From: Hypanus sabinus
Lineage: Eukaryota
Direction: 5' to 3'
Assembly: GCF_030144855.1 (NCBI RefSeq)
Contig: NC_082710.1
Span: 40,362,001 to 40,426,000, forward strand
Length of the DNA: 64,000 nt
Positions 62,562 to 64,000 of this stretch are shown in pieces. Both the position numbers and the translations under genes were made by a program. Below the pieces are notes generated by a model that saw nothing but the letters and a program-made list of their open reading frames with translations, was not told where the DNA came from and did no database searches. Each line of letters begins with the position of its first letter. Position 1 is the stretch's first letter.

Positions 62562-64000
62562 TTGTTTCTTTTTTTTAAAAAAATTTTTAATTGAATTTTC
62601 AAATAGGTTACAGAAAGAAAAAAAATTATCAACCCTTCCCCCCTCCCCCCTAACATATCCCTATAGAAAAAAAAGAGAAAAAAGAAAGAAAGAAAGAATG
62701 CCTGGATATCGGAAGATCCCCACATGTTCCACAGAGTTCATAATAGCTTTAATATGTATATTTATTTCTTTCCCCAGATAACCAATCATTTTATCTTTGG
62801 AGTACCTATATACTTAATCCTATTTTTTGTAAATAAGGGCACCAAATTTTCAGAAATATTTCATATTTATCTCTTAAATTATAAGTAATTTATTCAAGTG
62901 GAATGCAGCTAAAAATTTCATTCTTCCAACGACCTATAATTAAGTATGAATCCAATTTCCAAGTAACTGCAATAGCCCTTTTGGCTACTGCCAAAGCAAT
63001 TTTTATGAATTCTTTCTGATATTTATTCAATTTGGATTTCAATTTTATCCTTTCAATATCGCCTAGTAAAAATAATGTTGGATTATGTGGAAGCTGTATT
63101 CCAATAATTTGTTCCAGTAAAACTCTTAAATTTGTCCAAAAAGGTTGAATTTTAAAACAAGACCAAGTAGAATGTAAAAAAGTACCAATTTCTTGATTAC
63201 ATCGAAAACATTGATCAGAAAAATTTGAGTTTAATCTATTTATTTTTTGTGGTGTAATATATATTTGATGTAAAAAGTTATATTGTACTAATCTTAGTCA
63301 AACATTTATTGTATTTGTCATACTGTCAAGACATAATCTTGACCAACCTGTTTCATCAATTTTTATATTCAAATCAGTTTCCCATTTTTGACTTGACTTA
63401 TGAATTCCTTGTTTAATTGCCTGTTTTTGAATCAAATTATACATACCAGAAATAATTTTTTTACTTTTTCCTTTATGAATTAAAGTTCCTATTTCATTAG
63501 GTTTCGGCAATAACATTGTTTGACCTAGTTTATCTCTTAAATAAGCCCTTAATTGGAAATAATGGACAAGAGTGTTATTTGATATTTTGTATTTATTCTT
63601 GAATTGGTCAAATGACATTAATATACCTCCTTCAAAACAGTTTCTTATATATCTAATCCCTTTGTGAAACCAGTTATATAAAAGTTGATTATCCATTGTA
63701 AAAGGAATATGTTTATTTTGAATTAAAGGTCTCTTTGCTAATAAAGATTTCTTTATCTCTTCATCAACAATTATCTTATTCCATAAATCAATTAAATGTT
63801 TTAGTATAGGAGATTCTTTCTTTCCTGTATCTATTTAGATTCCCATTTATATATAAAATCTTCTGGTATATTTTCTCCTATTTTTTCTAGTTCTATTCTA
63901 ATCCATGCCGGTTTATCTTCATCAAAAAGAGATGTAATAAATCTAAGTTGATTTGCTTTGTAATAATTATTAAAATTTGGTAATTGTAACCCTCCTAGGT
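62562..64000 (-). mobile_element. L1 LINE 3' part (second subfamily), extending beyond the window
   Basis: ORF 63298..63696 (HYFQLRAYL..KWETDL); CCHC motif CFRCNQEIGTFLHSTWSC; A-rich tail at ~62562-62590. Confidence 0.92.

Overview
AT-rich, repeat-dense vertebrate DNA. The repeat content (HE1-like V-SINEs, many CR1 copies, Rex1/Babar, Neptune-type Penelope elements with hammerhead pLTRs) points to a cartilaginous fish, probably a ray or skate; this is an inference. I recognise no host protein-coding exon, so the window looks intronic or intergenic. Every ORF I could identify in the track is retroelement-derived or an antisense shadow of one. Main contents: a full-length but mutated ~6 kb L1 with a 14-bp TSD (18929-24888, -), whose inter-ORF spacer carries promoter-like motifs; an endogenous retrovirus integrase remnant (1696-2240, -); several Penelope-like elements, including a 325-bp palindromic mini-element with two hammerhead ribozyme motifs and a 14-bp TSD (2932-3256); a solo LTR; a young hAT/Charlie MITE; three Tc1-derived MITEs; RTE, Rex1, L2 and CR1 fragments; and several SINE families. 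Unique segments between the repeats contain homeodomain-like and CTCF-like motifs. Boundaries of decayed repeats are approximate, and family names come from motif recognition, not database searches.
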